Source of the DNA: an uncultured Lentimicrobiaceae bacterium | Lineage (GTDB): Bacteria > Bacteroidota > Bacteroidia > Bacteroidales > F082 | Assembly: GCA_964456625.1 (NCBI GenBank) | Contig: CAYWBO010000003.1 | Location: forward strand, 8,892 to 72,891 | Direction: 5' to 3' | Length of the DNA: 64,000 nt | Shown: positions 59,649-64,000 of the stretch, piece after piece | Numbering within the stretch: the stretch's first letter is position 1 | Layout: every line of letters starts with the position of its first letter | Made by a program: the position numbers and the translations under genes | Notes under the pieces: model-generated | Databases searched by the model: none | What the model was told of the DNA's origin: nothing | Seen by the model: the letters and a program-made list of their open reading frames with translations, nothing else

Positions 59649-59674
59649 CGAACAATATTGTTCGCTTATGAACA
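59649..59674. promoter_or_regulatory. Putative operator: perfect 16-bp palindrome CGAACAATATTGTTCG plus a third GAACA half-site
   Basis: Read directly. It lies 149 nt upstream of the paralogue B start. Confidence 0.5.
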
Positions 59675-59750
59675 ATAAAAACATTTTGAACAGTACGGGA
59701 AAATGGAGCGTCCGATGATCGGTTTCTGATCCCTTAAGGTAGGATTTTCT

Positions 59751-60842
59751 CTACTTGATTCCTTTTAAGTAATGCGAAAGAAGCTGTTCGGAAGCTTCAT
59801 AAGGCGATAATTTCTTTTCCAGGATCTGAATCCTGAAAGATTCCAGCAACTGATCAATTTCGGGATGATTGAAAAAATGTTCGGTGATGCCGGTATGGAG
59901 GGTTTCGTCCAGAATTTGCAGCGCTTGCTGATGGCGGTTGTTTTCAAAGAAACCGTTCTTTTTGGTCAGATTGAGGAAGCACTCCATCCGGCTCCAGATG
60001 TCTTCCAGTCCTTCTTTCTGAAGGGCAGAGGCTTTCATGACCTCCGGTCGCCAGCCGTTGGGCAGCGGAGGAAACAGATGCAATGCCTGTTTGTACTCCT
60101 GAACGGCCATTTCAGCTTTCTTTTGGTTGTCGCCGTCGGCTTTGTTGATCACAACCAGATCGGCCATCTCCATGATCCCCCGTTTGATGCCCTGAAGTTC
60201 GTCGCCACCGCCGGACAACATGAGCAGGAGGAAAAAATCCACCAGATGCGACACGGCGGTTTCCGACTGTCCGACTCCGACCGTTTCGATGAAGATCATG
60301 TCAAAACCGGCCGCTTCGCAAAGGATCATGCTTTCGCGGGTCTTCCGTGCCACACCGCCCAGCGTTCCGGCACTGGCTGACGGCCGGATAAAGGCATCGC
60401 GGTGATTCCCCAAGGCTTCCATGCGGGTTTTATCGCCCAGGATGCTTCCCTTGGTACGCAGGCTGCTGGGGTCGATGGCCAGCACGGCTACGCGTTTGCC
60501 TTTTTCGATCAGCAACAGACCAAAGGATTCGATGAACGTACTTTTGCCCACGCCCGGTACACCTGTAATACCCAGCCGGAAAGAATTTCCCGAATGGGGT
60601 AGACACATTTGTATCAGTTGCTGTGCGGCAGGCCTGTCTCCCGGAAGTGTGCTTTCGATCAGCGTAATGCCACGGCCCAGCGCTGTCGGATCGCTTTTGC
60701 GGATGCCCTCGAATAGTTTCTGTACATCGGGTTTTTCCCGCGTGTATTTTTTCTTTCCGGAACGGAATGCAGGATTCACTGGATCGGGTTTTTCCACTCC
60801 CGGATTCACTTTGAGCGCTGACTTGTAAGGTTTGTCTGACAC
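59751..60842 (-). CDS. meaB: MeaB/ArgK-type G3E-family GTPase (methylmalonyl-CoA mutase chaperone)
   Basis: P-loop GVPGVGKST and the NKAD motif are present. The start is uncertain: GTG at 60842 is preferred over the TTG at 60899. Confidence 0.85.
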   Translation of the reverse strand: MSDKPYKSALKVNPGVEKPDPVNPAFRSGKKKYTREKPDVQKLFEGIRKSDPTALGRGITLIESTLPGDRPAAQQLIQMCLPHSGNSFRLGITGVPGVGKSTFIESFGLLLIEKGKRVAVLAIDPSSLRTKGSILGDKTRMEALGNHRDAFIRPSASAGTLGGVARKTRESMILCEAAGFDMIFIETVGVGQSETAVSHLVDFFLLLMLSGGGDELQGIKRGIMEMADLVVINKADGDNQKKAEMAVQEYKQALHLFPPLPNGWRPEVMKASALQKEGLEDIWSRMECFLNLTKKNGFFENNRHQQALQILDETLHTGITEHFFNHPEIDQLLESFRIQILEKKLSPYEASEQLLSHYLKGIK

Positions 60843-61066
60843 GGTCGCTAGATTTATTCGTACAAACAAAAATAAGGAAATTGAACAGAGGTGAGGCAAA
60901 AGGCATTTGTTTCTTTTAGTTTCGAGATAGAAGATGGGATCGGGCTATTTCTTCGAGTGAAGTTTTCTGCCTTATCCTATTTGATAAAATCAAAAAAAAC
61001 GTACTTTTGCAAACCCGAAAAGAAAATGAATTTCTGATTCGGGTGGCTCTTTGCAAGAAATGTTTA

Positions 61067-61139
<73 letters not shown>

Positions 61140-61150
61140 CACTAAAACAC

Positions 61151-61192
61151 AACAGGCTACATCATTTTGTAATGGTGTAGCCTGTTTTATTT
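61151..61192 (+). terminator. Terminator after tRNA-Lys
   Basis: 11-bp stem aacaggctaca/tgtagcctgtt followed by a T-rich run. Confidence 0.7.
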
Positions 61193-61340
61193 GTATAAAA
61201 ATATCCCTGAAATCAGCGATTTCTCCTATCCTCTCTTTTGCAAATGCAGAAGGAGTATTATCACCATCAATTAATATGGATAGATTTATGTTTCGGGGTT
61301 TCTTTTGAGCAAAATAGATATGTGATTGATCGGTAGATGA

Positions 61341-61790
61341 TTAAATGATTTTTACATTGACAGCCTTTAAACCTTTTAACCCTTTTTCGATTTCAAATTC
61401 GACTTTGCAACCGGTTCTTAACTCGCCATCACAATCATTGTTATGGACAAATATGGATTCATTGCTTTCCGAGTCCATAATAAAACCAAAACCTTTCATA
61501 TCATTATAATTTCTAAGGACGCCGGTCCTTATTTTGTTATTGATACGGAATTCTGACTTAGGGACTCCAATCTCAATACTTTCAGCTTTAATTTCTTTCT
61601 TCTTCTTCGTTAAATCCGGAGGCGTTGACGTAATGAGCCCATCCTCATCAACCCAGGCTATCATATCATCAAGGTCACCTTTTTTACCTTGTTCTTTCTT
61701 TTCAAGCCTACGCTTTTCTTTGTCTTTTCTTTTTTTCTCTTTTTTATTTCTTACTTCTTTTTTGCCGAAAGTTTCTTTGGATCTGCCCAT
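61341..61790 (-). CDS. Cold-shock-domain protein with a Lys/Glu-rich N-terminal extension
   Basis: 149 aa. The C-terminal CSD carries RNP motifs (KGFGFI, IFVH). The N-terminal ~45 aa are highly basic (KKEKKRKDKEKRR). Confidence 0.8.
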   Translation of the reverse strand: MGRSKETFGKKEVRNKKEKKRKDKEKRRLEKKEQGKKGDLDDMIAWVDEDGLITSTPPDLTKKKKEIKAESIEIGVPKSEFRINNKIRTGVLRNYNDMKGFGFIMDSESNESIFVHNNDCDGELRTGCKVEFEIEKGLKGLKAVNVKII

Positions 61791-61805
61791 TCAATATATT
61801 TTTAG

Positions 61806-62873
61806 TTATAAACTGTTATAAAATTCTTTTTTCAGACGTTCAAATACTTCCTTAACAGTAGTAATTGATTTAATATTATACCCTTTAGCCCCTGAAAATG
61901 CAAAACCTGCATCAAATTTACCATAATATGCCGATAATAAAGCATCTGCAATACAGTAATTGGTTGTTTTGGGATTACAGGACTTGATACAACGATACTT
62001 ACATTTCTCCGGCCGTTTTTCGCCACGCTCGGCGGCCAACAGAAAATCGTTTTCAATGGCTCGTCCTGGCATGCCCACAGGGCTTTTTATGAGCCGTATC
62101 TTTTTTTGGACCGCATCAATGACAGCTTGTTTGAAATTATTGGAAGCATCACATTCCTGGGTGGGGATAAAACTGGTTCCCAGTTGAACACCAGAAACGC
62201 CGAGATTAAAAAGTTTATTTATTTGCCCCCCGGAAGTAACGCCTCCGCCCGCAATGACAGGTATTTCTTTATTGTATGTGGATTTTAGATCTTTGATAAC
62301 TTTTAATACATCCTGTACAATAGTTTGAAGGTTGTATTTGTTTGTTTCCAGGTCGTTAAAACTAAATCCCAAATGTCCTCCGGCTTCCGGTCCCTCCACA
62401 ACAAAGGCATCGGGTAAATAATTATAGTTCTGCAACCACTTTTTTGCAATGATAAGGGCAGCTCTCCCTGACGAAACAATAGGAACGAGTTTAGTGACAC
62501 TCCCGTTGGTTTTATATTTGGGTAAATCCAGCGGTAACCCTGCCCCGGAAAATATGATGTCAATTTTCTCTTTTATCGAAGTCTGTACTAAATCACTGAA
62601 ATTAGAAAGTACCGACATGATATTGACGGCAAGTACTCCTGTTGTTAACTGACGGGCTTTGCGGATTTCCCCGATTAAACCTTCAATGTTATTTTGTCTG
62701 TAAGATTTATCCGGAGTGCCGTGTATTAAGCCTGTGCCTACTGCAGCAATTGTGCCAATTCCACCTTCTTTTGCAACAGCAGAAGCAAGGCCTGACAAGG
62801 AAATCCCAATGCCCATCCCTCCTTGAATTATCGGAACAGGTATGGTTAAATCTCCGATTTGGAATGATTTCAA
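61806..62873 (-). CDS. NAD(P)H-dependent flavin oxidoreductase (nitronate monooxygenase / FabK-like)
   Basis: 355 aa, TIM-barrel FMN enzyme pattern (IIQGGMG near the N-terminus, VVEGPEAGGH). Confidence 0.82.
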   Translation of the reverse strand: MKSFQIGDLTIPVPIIQGGMGIGISLSGLASAVAKEGGIGTIAAVGTGLIHGTPDKSYRQNNIEGLIGEIRKARQLTTGVLAVNIMSVLSNFSDLVQTSIKEKIDIIFSGAGLPLDLPKYKTNGSVTKLVPIVSSGRAALIIAKKWLQNYNYLPDAFVVEGPEAGGHLGFSFNDLETNKYNLQTIVQDVLKVIKDLKSTYNKEIPVIAGGGVTSGGQINKLFNLGVSGVQLGTSFIPTQECDASNNFKQAVIDAVQKKIRLIKSPVGMPGRAIENDFLLAAERGEKRPEKCKYRCIKSCNPKTTNYCIADALLSAYYGKFDAGFAFSGAKGYNIKSITTVKEVFERLKKEFYNSL

Positions 62874-62882
62874 ATTCGTACT

Positions 62883-63074
62883 CTATTTTACGTTAAAAGC
62901 AACTTCTCCTTTATCACCTTGTTTGGTCTCAAAAGTTACTTTTTGCCCTTCGGAAAGACCGAGATAAGGACTTATTAATCCCGAGCGATGTACAAAAACA
63001 TCCTTTTTCCCTTCTGCTTCAATAAAACCAAATCCTTTGATTTCATTAAACCATTTTACTTTTCCTTCACTCAT
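62883..63074 (-). CDS. Cold-shock protein (CspA family)
   Basis: 63 aa containing [15 protein letters not shown] and DVFVH. Confidence 0.92.
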   Translation of the reverse strand: MSEGKVKWFNEIKGFGFIEAEGKKDVFVHRSGLISPYLGLSEGQKVTFETKQGDKGEVAFNVK

Positions 63075-63077
63075 GAC

Positions 63078-63347
63078 TTAGTACCTTCCTCTGTTATCCG
63101 ATTCGCGTTTTTCACGCGCTTCGTTTACGACCATTTCGCGGTTTTTTAATGTTGCACCATTCAATTCGCTTATGGCTTTTTTTGCTTCGGCAGGATCATT
63201 CATGGTAACAAAACCAAATCCTTTGCTCCGTCCGCTGTATTTATCAATGATGATTTTAGCTTCGTCTACGGAACCATACTTTTCGAAAATGCCTTTTAAT
63301 TCATTTTCATCAACCTTAAAATCAAGGTTGCCAACATAAATATTCAT
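63078..63347 (-). CDS. RRM-type RNA-binding protein
   Basis: The start is set at MNIYVGNLDF (RNP2). RNP1 is KGFGFVTM. There is a short Arg-rich tail. Confidence 0.88.
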   Translation of the reverse strand: MNIYVGNLDFKVDENELKGIFEKYGSVDEAKIIIDKYSGRSKGFGFVTMNDPAEAKKAISELNGATLKNREMVVNEAREKRESDNRGRY

Positions 63348-63542
63348 ATTATTTAAAATAATTAAGCTTGATAAATCTTCAAGCCAGATTAATACTGAGC
63401 AGCATTTTAGGGAGGGAAGCATGTGATACAACTTTTCCTTTTTCTAAGCGTACTGCATTTTGTTTTTGAAAAAGGACAAAAAAATGTATCAGTCTATACT
63501 AACAAAGAATAAAATGTACTATTTCAATATTCAATTTCGTGG

Positions 63543-63558
63543 CAAAGATACAAAAATA
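63543..63558 (-). promoter_or_regulatory. Two adjacent candidate -7 elements (TATCTTTG, TATTTTTG on the minus strand) for the RRM-csp operon
   Basis: CAAAGATA and CAAAAATA on the plus strand. They would give a leader of about 190 nt. Confidence 0.35.
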
Positions 63559-63781
63559 TATACCGTATTTGACAGAAAATGAACGAATTAATTGTTATTG
63601 CAGCTAAAAACAGTCACAAATTGTTATGGGTTAGGTTATTAAGCAAGAGATTATTCTTTCCTTTCAAAAATGTGCCTGGCTCACTTCTGATTTTTGTGAG
63701 AAAAGAATTGCGTTTCTGAAGCAAAACAAGGCAATCAGGCTTTTCCATGGTTTTAATGTCATAAAATTAGAAAATTCCTAA

Positions 63782-63855
63782 GGCCTCATAGTTCGAGGGA
63801 TAGAAATAGGAGTTTCCTAAACTCTTGATCCAGGTTCGAGCCCTTCCGGGAGGCA
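63782..63855 (+). tRNA. Degenerate tRNA-like sequence (anticodon-loop TTCCTAA, CCT = Arg), possibly a pseudo-tRNA
   Basis: It is 74 nt with a TA-G..C D-region, a GGAGT-TTCCTAA-ACTCT anticodon arm and a TTCGAGC T-loop. The T-stem has only 3 bp and the acceptor stem is imperfect. The 3' part is identical to tRNA-Lys over 19 nt. Confidence 0.35.
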
Positions 63856-63858
63856 TTT

Positions 63859-63896
63859 AAAAAAAAGGGAACGAATTTCATTCGTTCCCTTTTTTG
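63859..63896. terminator. Strong hairpin terminator after the tRNA-like sequence
   Basis: 10-bp stem gggaacgaat/attcgttccc flanked by A8 and T6. Confidence 0.75.
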
Positions 63897-64000
63897 TTTC
63901 CATAACTCTTTAAAATCCGTCACATTTTGCACTATCCTTTTTCAGTATGTCCGTTTTAAACTGACAGAACGGGAGAAATTTTTTCATCTTTTTTCGATTT

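Larger units (their letters stand above)
58274..59700. repeat. Tandem duplication with ~811-bp period (two units, each a gene plus its leader and operator)
   Basis: Gene starts are 811 bp apart and the palindromes 812 bp apart. Coding, leader (GTGCCAAA) and operator blocks are collinear. Confidence 0.8.

Overview
This 64-kb chromosomal segment reads as Bacteroidota. That is an inference from three things: a recurrent TAnnTTTG -7 promoter motif 15-40 nt upstream of many start codons, the uppS-bamA-skp-skp arrangement, and the TonB/LytTR/RRM gene content. Most of it is housekeeping. Translation genes: rplU-rpmA, serS, proS, glnS, rsmA, and two tRNAs. Repair and other core functions: uvrC, gcvH, an ABC-F ATPase. 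Envelope genes: bamA, two skp/ompH, uppS, rfbA, two TonB paralogues, an RND/MMPL transporter, an LtaS-like sulfatase. Cofactor and central metabolism: nadB, nadK, pfkA, manA-like, korAB, sucAB. The items worth a second look are:

1. A roughly 230-nt, ~61% G+C, helix-rich non-coding block sits between two convergent genes (56921-57150). I cannot assign it to any RNA family I know.
2. Three tandem ferredoxin genes, each with its own promoter and terminator, are absent from the ORF track because they are under 60 aa. They lie between divergent korAB (2-oxoglutarate:ferredoxin oxidoreductase) and sucAB (2-oxoglutarate dehydrogenase). Two of the three carry a Cys-to-Asp change in one cluster motif.
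3. An extreme Tyr/Gly/Pro/Arg low-complexity lipoprotein is encoded in an apparent operon with a FadL-like outer-membrane barrel.
4. An ~811-bp tandem duplication encodes two small secreted proteins, each built from three VNDIPFNT repeats. Each copy is preceded by a conserved 16-bp palindrome with three GAACA half-sites.
5. A cold-shock/RNA-binding gene cluster is bracketed by tRNA-Lys and by a degenerate tRNA-like sequence that repeats 19 nt of the tRNA-Lys 3' end.

I saw no CRISPR array, transposase, integrase or recognisable defence system. All family assignments come from motif reading and memory, not from database searches.
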